Shown here piece after piece: positions 27,003-36,170 of a DNA stretch of 64,000 nt. The stretch comes from a virus. Position 1 is the first letter of the stretch; every line of letters starts with the position of its first letter. The stretch covers positions 1-64,000 of IMG/VR virus record IMGVR_UViG_3300032073_000007. One strand, written 5' to 3'. The notes beneath the pieces are model-generated. The model saw nothing but the letters and a program-made list of their open reading frames with translations, had not been told where the DNA came from and made no database searches. The translations under genes were made by a program, and so were the position numbers.

Positions 27003-27353
27003 ATGAAAAATGATAAAGACCATAGCATGAATTACAAATTAAATACACACTTATTGGATAGCTTCTTTGACGCATACGGGACAAGTAAACACGCTGATGT
27101 GAAGGATTGCGGTGATGTATACACTGCTGAATTTGAGCTTGCTGGCTTTGCCAAAGATGATATTGATATTACCGCAACAAACGACAACTTGATTATCAAA
27201 GCTAAAAACAACAAACGTCAAAAAGAATTTAAATTAAATTTATATGGCGCTGTATCTGTAGAGAATATTAGCTGCGAAACGGAAAATGGTTTACTCACCG
27301 TCACAATGCCAAAAAAATGTGTTAGTGAGCAACGAAAAATCAAAATAAATTAA
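27003..27353 (+). CDS. Small heat-shock protein (Hsp20); start may be 27027
   Basis: ELAGFAKDDIDI and ENGLLTVTMPK alpha-crystallin motifs. Confidence 0.9.
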   Translation: MKNDKDHSMNYKLNTHLLDSFFDAYGTSKHADVKDCGDVYTAEFELAGFAKDDIDITATNDNLIIKAKNNKRQKEFKLNLYGAVSVENISCETENGLLTVTMPKKCVSEQRKIKIN

Positions 27354-27733
27354 TGCCAATATATACTTACAAGCACCCTACTGAGGAGAGGTATAAGGAA
27401 GTTGTTCAACGAATGAACGATGACCATACCTACTCTGAAGATGGGGTGGAGTGGGGAAGGGTTTGGGATATCCCTAATGCTGCAATTTCTTCAAATGCAG
27501 ACCCATTTAACAGTAATGCCTTTTTAGATAAAACAGCTAACATGAAAGGCACATTTGGAGACATGATGGATTACTCTTCAGAACTTAGTGAAAAAAGAGC
27601 AGAAAAATCAGGAGGGGTAGATCCAGTTAAAAAGAAACACTTTGAAAGCTATGAAAGAGAAGTGGGCAAAAAACACCCTTCAGAAAAAGCTGCGAAGTTT
27701 GAGAATAAATCTATTAAAGTAGATTACGATTAA
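27353..27733 (+). CDS. FmdB-like protein (zinc cysteines absent)
   Basis: MPIYTY N-terminus typical of the family. Confidence 0.5.
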   Translation: MPIYTYKHPTEERYKEVVQRMNDDHTYSEDGVEWGRVWDIPNAAISSNADPFNSNAFLDKTANMKGTFGDMMDYSSELSEKRAEKSGGVDPVKKKHFESYEREVGKKHPSEKAAKFENKSIKVDYD

Positions 27734-28572
27734 ACAGTTCCTATATTTGTAATATCAACACTTCCCCAGCTACCTCCTACAAAAACTAATAGTTTATTTC
27801 CTGATATAGCTAAAGCTCCTGTTGCTGGTTGTGCGCTTGTTCCAGCTTGAGATCCATTCCCTGACCACAAAGGCAAAGCAAAGCCTGTCTTGAATCTTGC
27901 GGTGTTGTGAAAAGTAGCAGACTGCGTTGCAGCACTACCAAAAGTAGTATTCCCTGATAAAATGCTTGCTCCCAGACATTGTAAAGTTCCTGAAACGATT
28001 CCTGATGATTGAACTGAAAGATGTCGTCCTAGATAAGTATCCCCTCCATTTATATAAGTGCCGCTTTTGAACTGAATATTTAAACTCTCTTGCTTGTTTA
28101 CAAGCATTGATGTGCTAGAAAGACTATCTTTTATAGCGACACATCCAGTAGCCTCTTTAGAGAAAGTAACCGAGTTTCCTGCTAAAACAACATTGTCTTG
28201 GCTCCCTGTATTGAATGTAATGTTAGAGCCACGAACCACTACGTTTCTAAGTCCACTGATATCTCCATTAACAGAATAAAGCGCAAGATTACCATTAGTA
28301 TTTGCATCTGCACCCATCTCTGTATTAACTCCCTTAAATAACAAATTACCACTTTTACTATCAAATGTGTTACTGTCAATATTATTAGGCATACCAAAAA
28401 CCTCTCTTCCATCAGTCAATAACTGCCCTGAAAAAGAAAAATCTCCCGTTAGATCCCTAGATACATTTATCTGAACGCCAGTATCAGTTACTTGGCTAAT
28501 GTTTAAATCACCAGAATCACTAAAAAAAGTGGGCATCTGGATTTGTTCAGGTTGAATTTTGTTAAATGCCAT
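27730..28572 (-). CDS. Probable virion protein, beta-rich and [ST]G-rich
   Basis: Likely start MAFNKIQ; GTGTAA at 28598-28603; composition resembles the tail proteins. Confidence 0.6.
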   Translation of the reverse strand: MAFNKIQPEQIQMPTFFSDSGDLNISQVTDTGVQINVSRDLTGDFSFSGQLLTDGREVFGMPNNIDSNTFDSKSGNLLFKGVNTEMGADANTNGNLALYSVNGDISGLRNVVVRGSNITFNTGSQDNVVLAGNSVTFSKEATGCVAIKDSLSSTSMLVNKQESLNIQFKSGTYINGGDTYLGRHLSVQSSGIVSGTLQCLGASILSGNTTFGSAATQSATFHNTARFKTGFALPLWSGNGSQAGTSAQPATGALAISGNKLLVFVGGSWGSVDITNIGTV

Positions 28573-28610
28573 AATACAATAGATTATCTTCAATACATTA
28601 CACGAATTCA

Positions 28611-29189
28611 ATGAAATTTACTCTTTATAAGCCAAACTCCAAAAATACAGGCGCAGCTTTTAGCTTCGATCTAGCCAAAGACAAAAAAAATAACGCAGTT
28701 ATGTATGTCTCAATGATTCAACAACATAGCTGGAATGATAAGACAAAAAGTGGCTCTTTTAAGGAAAATGCCAAGAATCCTGAGAAATCTGGCACAATCA
28801 AACTTTCAGCAAATGAAGCTGGAGAAATTCTCTCTTCCTTTAAAACTAGAATACCTTTCGTGGCTTTCCATCGGAGGAATGATGATACTACAATCATCAA
28901 ATTTACTCCTTGGGATAAAAAGAGAAAAATTATGGCGAAAGATGGAGAGCAGTGGCACGAAACTCCTGCATTTGGAGTTAGTGTTACCCGAAACTCTTCT
29001 ATGACATTCAAACTTCCCTTAGAAGCTGGAGAGACAGAAGTTTTATCAGAACTTCTAAAAAAATACATTTTAGAATCTTTTGTCGTGGCAGATGCTTATC
29101 AAAGCCAAAAATCTAACTATCAAAGTAAAAAGCCCGAGGAGCCTCAACAAGAGATAGCAGAAGATGACGATTATGGAGTCCCATTCTAA
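28611..29189 (+). CDS. Putative single-stranded DNA-binding protein
   Basis: Acidic C-terminal tail EDDDYGVPF; beta-rich core. Confidence 0.55.
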   Translation: MKFTLYKPNSKNTGAAFSFDLAKDKKNNAVMYVSMIQQHSWNDKTKSGSFKENAKNPEKSGTIKLSANEAGEILSSFKTRIPFVAFHRRNDDTTIIKFTPWDKKRKIMAKDGEQWHETPAFGVSVTRNSSMTFKLPLEAGETEVLSELLKKYILESFVVADAYQSQKSNYQSKKPEEPQQEIAEDDDYGVPF

Positions 29190-30888
29190 AAAACTAAAAG
29201 TATTAGTTCACTCTAATCACAGCAGACTTGTTACTGGTTTTGGCAAAAATGCCAAAAATATTCTAATGCATTTGCATGAAGATCCAGACATAGAAGTCAT
29301 TGAAGCAGGAAATGGGTCTAAATATGGAGCGGATCTACTTACTCCTTGGCAAAGTTATGGGACACATCCTACAGACCCTAACGTGCTTAATGCGATAAAA
29401 GGAGACGGGCCTAAAGAAAGAATGGCTCAATATGGATATTATACAATAGACGATATTGTAGAAGAATGTAAGCCTGATGTATATCTTGGTATAGAAGATA
29501 TTTGGGCTTTTTCTGATTATCAAAATAAACCTTGGTGGAATAAAATAAACAAAGTTCTTTGGACCACTCTAGATAGTTTGCCAATTTTGGACCAAGCCCT
29601 ACAAATGGAGCCTCTATGCGATAAGATGCTTGTTTGGGCCTCTTTTGCAGAAAAAGAGATGAAGAGACTTGGGCATAAAAATGTAGAAACTCTACATGGG
29701 GCCGTTGACTATAGTAACTTTAAACCTTTAGAAAATAGATCTGAAATAAGGAAAAACTTTGGCATAGATGATTCTTTTGTAATTGGATTCGTTTTTAAAA
29801 ATCAATTAAGAAAATCTGTCCCAAATATTTTGCGGGGCTTCAAGACATTTAAAGAAGATAATCCAGAAGTAAAAGCAAAATTACTGCTACATACAGATTG
29901 GGCAGAAATTGGATCAGGATGGGATATACCTAGATATCTCAAAGAGATGGATATTAATTCAGAAGATGTCTTATCAACATATCTTTGTCATTCTTGTGGT
30001 TTTTACTATGTAGCTCCATATCAAGGGGAAGATAAAAATTGTCCTAAATGCAAAAAAGAAAAAACTTTTAAAACAAAAAGCAGTATAAAGGGCATTTGTG
30101 AAGAACAATTAAATGAATTATATAATTGCATGGATGTATATTGCCATCCATTCACCAGTGGAGGTCAAGAATTGCCAATTCAAGAGGCTAAAGCTGCTGG
30201 TTTAATAACCTTGGTTACCGAATATTCTTGTGGCACTGATTCTTGCTACAAAAACCAAGGAGGTATTCCTCTAAAATGGAATGAGTATAGGGAACCTTCC
30301 ACTCAATTTATTAAGGCATCTACATGCCCTAATGATATAGCGGATAAACTTTGGAAAGTTTATAGCATGACAGACTCCGATAAGAAAGAATTATCAACAA
30401 GAGGGATGGAGTATGTAAAAGAAGAATTTTCAACGCAAACTATTTGCGACAAATTAAAGAAAATACTTTTTTCTTTAAAAAAACCAGAGCCGAAAGAAGA
30501 ACAGAAAAAAGATCAATCTAAAAAAACCTTAAGCTTAGAAGATGTTCTAGGAGATGAAGGTTGTGAAAATAGAATTGCTGTGGTTTTACCCGAATCTGCT
30601 GGAGATATTTTAATTTTAAATTCCTTAATGGAAAACTTAAAAGTTACATATCCAGATAAAAATATATATATATTTACCAAACCTCAATTCTACCCAATGA
30701 TTGAAGATAATCCAAATGTTCACAAATTACTTCCTTACTCTCCTCAAGTTGAAAACTTACTATTTCTTGAAGGAAAGGGAGACCATGAAGGATATTTTGA
30801 TATAGCCTTTTTGCCAAACATAGGGACACAAAGGCACTTAAATTATCTACATAACGGCAAAGATAAAACCCAATTTGAATTACGATGA
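29164..30888 (+). CDS. GT4-like glycosyltransferase with Zn-ribbon insert and a C-terminal GT9 N-half
   Basis: KNQLRK, HPFTSGGQELPIQEAKAAG, CHSC..CPKC and ESAGDIL..LK.TYPD. Confidence 0.85.
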   Translation: MTIMESHSKKLKVLVHSNHSRLVTGFGKNAKNILMHLHEDPDIEVIEAGNGSKYGADLLTPWQSYGTHPTDPNVLNAIKGDGPKERMAQYGYYTIDDIVEECKPDVYLGIEDIWAFSDYQNKPWWNKINKVLWTTLDSLPILDQALQMEPLCDKMLVWASFAEKEMKRLGHKNVETLHGAVDYSNFKPLENRSEIRKNFGIDDSFVIGFVFKNQLRKSVPNILRGFKTFKEDNPEVKAKLLLHTDWAEIGSGWDIPRYLKEMDINSEDVLSTYLCHSCGFYYVAPYQGEDKNCPKCKKEKTFKTKSSIKGICEEQLNELYNCMDVYCHPFTSGGQELPIQEAKAAGLITLVTEYSCGTDSCYKNQGGIPLKWNEYREPSTQFIKASTCPNDIADKLWKVYSMTDSDKKELSTRGMEYVKEEFSTQTICDKLKKILFSLKKPEPKEEQKKDQSKKTLSLEDVLGDEGCENRIAVVLPESAGDILILNSLMENLKVTYPDKNIYIFTKPQFYPMIEDNPNVHKLLPYSPQVENLLFLEGKGDHEGYFDIAFLPNIGTQRHLNYLHNGKDKTQFELR

Positions 30889-32009
30889 GCCATTTAGCAG
30901 AAGAATATGCAAAATCCTGTGGAGTAAAAATCGGGAAACCAGTTTTAAAAACTCATTACTTTCCAATCTTAGAGGATAAATATATAACCATACATAACGA
31001 TAAGAAAGTTCAATCAAAAGAATACAATTTGTGGACTGATGTTTTGTCTTTGCTTAAGCCAGAACTAGGAGATATAAAAGTAATCCAAATTGGAGCCGCT
31101 GGAGAAGAAACAATTGAAGGAGTAGATAAACATATTCCCACAAATACTTTAAAACAATGTTCATACATTATTAATAATTCTTTGGGTCATGTAGGGATTG
31201 ATAGCGTCCCTGTCCATATCGCTTCTGCTCTGGACAAACCAGTAGTGGGCATTTATTCTCATACTTATGCAAATACTTGCTCTCCTCTTTGGAATGAAAA
31301 AAGTAAAGCTATAGTTATTGAATCGGATAGAGGGGGCAAGAAACCTTCTTTCTCTTTAGAAGAGCATCCTAAAACTATCAATTTCATTAAACCAGAAGAA
31401 ATAGCTCAAGCTGTGCTTGATGTATTAGACATAAATAAAACAATTAACCACAAAACTATTTTCATAGGCAATAATTACACCTCAAGTTTTGTAGAAGTCA
31501 TCCCGACTCAAAATACTGAAGTAAGAGCATCTCACATTGATGTTAGGATGGATTATGCTCACAATGAGCAAGTCTTGTCAAATATTATAAAAAACAATAA
31601 AGTAGAAGTAACTTTATCAAAACCTATCAATTTAAAATTTTTATACTCTGGACGAATTAATAAGATTGTATATAAAGCAGATTCATTTGATTCAGAATTC
31701 TTGAACGAAATAAAAAAATCTTCTATTCCTCACGTTATTATCTGCACATCTGCGGAAAACCTTTCTGACGAAAGAGCCAAAAATTTTGATTTCTTAATCA
31801 ATTATTTAGATGTAGAAGGATTAATTAAAATTAATAAAAATAAGATAAACGAAGAAGGCTTAGATCAACTCAAAATTAAAAGCAATAAACAAGTAGTTTG
31901 TGGCAATAAAGTTTTCACAAGTTTTTTTGAATTGAATTCAAGAAAAAATTTAGATCATTTTTATCTTGATCTAGAATTCTTTAGGATCTATACTGAACAA
32001 GATGAGTGA
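30885..32009 (+). CDS. GT9 (heptosyltransferase-like) C-terminal half plus extra domain
   Basis: YITIH, VIQIG and GIDSVPVHIASALDKPVVGIY. Confidence 0.8.
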   Translation: MSHLAEEYAKSCGVKIGKPVLKTHYFPILEDKYITIHNDKKVQSKEYNLWTDVLSLLKPELGDIKVIQIGAAGEETIEGVDKHIPTNTLKQCSYIINNSLGHVGIDSVPVHIASALDKPVVGIYSHTYANTCSPLWNEKSKAIVIESDRGGKKPSFSLEEHPKTINFIKPEEIAQAVLDVLDINKTINHKTIFIGNNYTSSFVEVIPTQNTEVRASHIDVRMDYAHNEQVLSNIIKNNKVEVTLSKPINLKFLYSGRINKIVYKADSFDSEFLNEIKKSSIPHVIICTSAENLSDERAKNFDFLINYLDVEGLIKINKNKINEEGLDQLKIKSNKQVVCGNKVFTSFFELNSRKNLDHFYLDLEFFRIYTEQDE

Positions 32010-32772
32010 TAAAAAAATTTACGGGCCTGATGTTTACAAGCGAAACGAGCATGGATTGCTTGGGAATGCAGACTACGAATTTAATGAAGATGGTTCCGTT
32101 AACTGGCGAGCCATGATTAAGGAGGAATTCCTCTATCCTAATAAGGATTGGTTTGCCTCAAGAAAAAAAGACGTTCCAAGTTCTGTGGAGGGTCTCTCTG
32201 ATAAGCAGCTTTTAATCATGCTAGGAGGCATTAAGGAGTTGGCTCGACTCAGAGGATTTGAGAGTGTTTCATTCAGAACTGATCACATTAGTGATAATTA
32301 TGTTGTAGCTAATTGTGAAATTGCTTGGTCTCCTAATTACGAAAGCAACAATCAAGGTGTTGTTTACCAAGATGTCGCAAATGCGACACTGCAAAATACA
32401 GACGCTTTTTGTGCTAAATTTCTAGAAACAATTGCTTGTAACCGAGCTTTTGTTCGTTGTGTTCGTAACTATCTGAATATCCACATTGTAGGAGCAGATG
32501 AGATTGATAAGTCAAAAGGAGCCAATAATTCAAATACTGTGGAATATGATGCTTCTAGCGACTCTGCCATGCTCCCATTAACGCCCGCAGGGACGCTTCA
32601 GAAGGCTTTGTCTGAAGAATTGGGAGTGAAGACCTTTGAAGATTTCAAAGCTCTTCTCAGGACGTTCTGGAAGCAAGAGAAATACAGGAATGAGGAAGCC
32701 GCAAATTGGGAGTCTTATGGAGATATTCCACCTAAAGATTGCAGAAAACTCATACTAATCTGCAAATCATAA
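32002..32772 (+). CDS. Putative single-strand annealing protein (Rad52/Sak/RecT-like)
   Basis: GGIKELA..G and IACNRAFVRCVR..LNI...DEI pattern. Confidence 0.45.
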   Translation: MSDKKIYGPDVYKRNEHGLLGNADYEFNEDGSVNWRAMIKEEFLYPNKDWFASRKKDVPSSVEGLSDKQLLIMLGGIKELARLRGFESVSFRTDHISDNYVVANCEIAWSPNYESNNQGVVYQDVANATLQNTDAFCAKFLETIACNRAFVRCVRNYLNIHIVGADEIDKSKGANNSNTVEYDASSDSAMLPLTPAGTLQKALSEELGVKTFEDFKALLRTFWKQEKYRNEEAANWESYGDIPPKDCRKLILICKS

Positions 32773-35286
32773 TTTAAAGAAGTTTCTCTGAGAAGCATTA
32801 AACGTAGACGGTATATTCCCTTTCCTTGCATTTGTATTTCCAAAGGAATCTATGGAGAATGTCTGATCTGGTGGTATAAGTGATAATGTAGACTCACCAA
32901 TTGTAGTCGTTATTCCTCCAGAACCTACTGAAATAGACAAAGAATTTATTGTTGGAGTAAATCTAGGTATATGTAATCCGTATAAAGTTCTTGAAGATGA
33001 AGCTGGACGAATGTTTGGATTAACAAGAGACCCTTTGATCTGTTTCAATTTCTCCATCTCTATAGTGCTACCACTAGCCGACGATAAAGTTAATTTGTTC
33101 GTCCTGTCATAAGGTGGAGAATCTACCTTGTAAGATTTAAACTCTACCTTGTCGAAAAGCTCGTTAAGTTGCTGTTGAGCGTCACTTGACTCTGCTACTG
33201 CATCGTCCTCTTTTTCTTCATCGTCTTCCTCTACATCATTAACTCTAGTTTTACTTCTAATATATTTCAATTTTATTGATTTTTTACCAACAATTGCCTT
33301 CTTGTATTTTTTAAATGATTTTTCTGCCAAATCATATACACCGTCAAAAACATTCCCCACCTCGTCGGTAGCTCCTCCAATGAAAAATTGTCTCTTCCTG
33401 TTTGAAGGTTCAAAAAATTCTAGATTTTCTTGAAGAGGGGCATAATTAAGAGGCTGATCCTCTTCATCTCCATCTTCTCCAGCATTTTTCTTTTCAAGTG
33501 AGGGTATATTTCTTATGCCTATAAAAAAGTGAGCTTTTTCTTTTGATCTAGATATTTTAGCGTCACCATTAGTGGATTCTGCTAAATCCATGATAGTAAC
33601 CTCTGTTTGTGGATTAGGGTTATCTTTATCCTCTTTTGATTTAGTAAGAAGTTGTAGCCAATCATTCAACATAGACAAATCATCAATTTCTCTTACTTTT
33701 TTATCTCCTCTGAATGGTCCTAATACAGTCATGTTTCCAGTGTTTTGGAAACTCATTCTTGCTGTTTTATAATCACTGTAAGCATTAGTAATATAAACTC
33801 CTCCTGCAAGTGGGAAGTATGTATTCAAATATTCATAAAGCGGGCTGCCAGAGGGTCTAGGCATTATTTTAGCTCTACCTGTTTGCTTGCCCTCGTCATT
33901 AGTTGGTTTATATTTTAGTAATTTATATACAAATTCATCAGTAATTCTGTCTAATTTTGGCAACTCAGTTGGATTGTCTTCATTTGTTTCTTTTGCATTA
34001 GCCTCGCCATATAAAAAGGGTTTGTTGTCTCCAGCCCCACTCCAATGCCAAGTCTGAGTATTAAAGGGAGAGTAATCGTATAACTTTTTAAAATCTAATA
34101 TTCTACCAAGTCTTTTTTCGTTTGGAGCCTCACCGTTTTTTGGCTTGACATTTCCGTGCATCAAAATATATGTAAATTTATCAAAAACATCAGTGCCTTC
34201 ATTTTGATTGAATATTCCAAAGAATATGCCCATTTCTGGATAACCTAACATTTCCTTGAAAACATCAGTTTTTCTAAATGGTATTCTTTTGAAGAAAACT
34301 GGTTTTGGTCTATCATCATTTTCATTTGATCTGTCTGAATTGTCTTGTGGCTTCTCAGTGGTCCCCACATATGTATTCACAATCAAATTAGATCTTTGAC
34401 TTTTAGTAAATGATGCAGATATAATATTTTCACTTGAACTATTAGTATAATCTCTAATTTGTAAAGTTGAAGCTTCTTGAGAATTAATAAACCTAATTGA
34501 ATATGTCGATGGGTCTATATACCAATAATAGCCTAAGTAGGAGGCTACAGTTCCAATGACGCTTGCTAAAGTTCCTGTCGCTTCAAATATTATACTGTTA
34601 GTAGCTTCAGTTTGAGGCAACCCAATTATAGGGATACCTGCTAATCGAACAATATCTCCAAATTCTTTTAAAGTATAACCTCCTCGGAAGTTATATTGAG
34701 ATAAATCAGGATTGTTTCTATACTCTGTGGTAACAGAACCTAAATTTAAAGATAAATCTTCTATTGGTTGCCCTCTCTTATTATAATACAAAGATATTTT
34801 TGTGCCATCAAACTTCGCCGCTGTTTCAAAATTGTAAATCTTCCCTGCTTTAATAATAGATCCCTCTCTTTGAGGCCCAACAGAGGGGAAGGGTTCTAAA
34901 CCCCTAATGTTTGGAGCGTTGATAACTTCGGCAAATGGTGCAAACGGTCCATTAAAATTTAAAGTATTATCTGGAGGACAATTCACTCCCCTCACTAATA
35001 CGATAATAGATTCTAAAATCAAACTTACTTTGTCAATATATTTCCTGCTGATTGTTTTCTTTGTAGGATCTGCATTTGTAGTAATTTCTGTGCATACATA
35101 GTTATTCATTAAAGATTGTAATTCATCATTAGAGAAAGAATTTATTTCTCCAAGATTTCCTATTACAATTCCTAACCCTTTAGATGAATCTAGATTTTTA
35201 GCGTCTACAATAGAGGTTACCGATGCACTGTGACCTCCACCTGCATTAGTAAAATTTAAATCTAGTTTTGTAATTGATTCCCTCAT
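32767..35286 (-). CDS. Tail tip/baseplate hub-like protein
   Basis: 839 aa; last gene of the tail operon; GYYWYID and C-terminal ISVGSGGITTTI. Confidence 0.55.
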   Translation of the reverse strand: MRESITKLDLNFTNAGGGHSASVTSIVDAKNLDSSKGLGIVIGNLGEINSFSNDELQSLMNNYVCTEITTNADPTKKTISRKYIDKVSLILESIIVLVRGVNCPPDNTLNFNGPFAPFAEVINAPNIRGLEPFPSVGPQREGSIIKAGKIYNFETAAKFDGTKISLYYNKRGQPIEDLSLNLGSVTTEYRNNPDLSQYNFRGGYTLKEFGDIVRLAGIPIIGLPQTEATNSIIFEATGTLASVIGTVASYLGYYWYIDPSTYSIRFINSQEASTLQIRDYTNSSSENIISASFTKSQRSNLIVNTYVGTTEKPQDNSDRSNENDDRPKPVFFKRIPFRKTDVFKEMLGYPEMGIFFGIFNQNEGTDVFDKFTYILMHGNVKPKNGEAPNEKRLGRILDFKKLYDYSPFNTQTWHWSGAGDNKPFLYGEANAKETNEDNPTELPKLDRITDEFVYKLLKYKPTNDEGKQTGRAKIMPRPSGSPLYEYLNTYFPLAGGVYITNAYSDYKTARMSFQNTGNMTVLGPFRGDKKVREIDDLSMLNDWLQLLTKSKEDKDNPNPQTEVTIMDLAESTNGDAKISRSKEKAHFFIGIRNIPSLEKKNAGEDGDEEDQPLNYAPLQENLEFFEPSNRKRQFFIGGATDEVGNVFDGVYDLAEKSFKKYKKAIVGKKSIKLKYIRSKTRVNDVEEDDEEKEDDAVAESSDAQQQLNELFDKVEFKSYKVDSPPYDRTNKLTLSSASGSTIEMEKLKQIKGSLVNPNIRPASSSRTLYGLHIPRFTPTINSLSISVGSGGITTTIGESTLSLIPPDQTFSIDSFGNTNARKGNIPSTFNASQRNFFKL

Positions 35287-36170
35287 AAAATAAATTGTTC
35301 TATGGAGTTTTCACCCCCCACAACATATGGTTCAAAACCAGAGCTTGGCAGTGTAGCAGAAGCACCTGATTTAATAATTCTTACACCTGAATATAGCTCT
35401 AAATAATTAGATTGAAGCTCTTCGACTCCATTTATGTAAAAATTCGTTCTTTTCTCGATAAATTTCTGTCCTTGCATATCTGGAGAAACACCAGTAGCTG
35501 ACAGTGTATTTTTACTCTTTCTACTCGCAGTGTATTTAAAAAATGTCTTTCTTTCATCTATAACTACTCCATTTACATTTGCAGCAGTGCTAAAACTTGG
35601 TTGAAACCCAGTCGCGGTCAACCCCGCGAATTCTGACCCTAGAAAAACACCAACTCCCTGCCCAGAGTAAACTTTCTGACCATTTAAAAAGTAATCAAAA
35701 TCTGAAAAGACATTCAATCGTCCTCGACTATTTGTGATTCCAGTTTTTAGACTTCTTCCGAAATCTTTCTCTCCTGCAAAAATACCGCCAGTAACGATAT
35801 TATATACAATAGTTGATGTAGCTTTAGCGGGAGTTGTGGCATCAAAATTTATAGTAGTTCTTTCTAGAATTGGAGCAGATTCTTTTTTTGTAAAGAAATC
35901 TCCTGTAAATATCTGATAGATACTTTGATTTATTGTTTGCGTTTCTTGCGGGATCTCTTGTTGAAGAGTTTGCCCGTTCAGCGATAATCTTATAGAACTT
36001 CTTTCTGTGTTAAAATCCAACCCTGTTGTTAAATCCCTATCATAGTAAAACTCACTAGCTGTATTGATAGCGACAACATTCCTTTTCTCAACAATATCTG
36101 ACCCCATATCAGGAGAAGAACACCCTGATATAGATACCCGACCTGTTGTTACAACACTCTCGTAAATCAT
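35283..36170 (-). CDS. Minor tail protein
   Basis: Operon position; repeated LNGQ/INGV motifs; [ST]G-rich. Confidence 0.55.
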   Translation of the reverse strand: MIYESVVTTGRVSISGCSSPDMGSDIVEKRNVVAINTASEFYYDRDLTTGLDFNTERSSIRLSLNGQTLQQEIPQETQTINQSIYQIFTGDFFTKKESAPILERTTINFDATTPAKATSTIVYNIVTGGIFAGEKDFGRSLKTGITNSRGRLNVFSDFDYFLNGQKVYSGQGVGVFLGSEFAGLTATGFQPSFSTAANVNGVVIDERKTFFKYTASRKSKNTLSATGVSPDMQGQKFIEKRTNFYINGVEELQSNYLELYSGVRIIKSGASATLPSSGFEPYVVGGENSIEQFIL

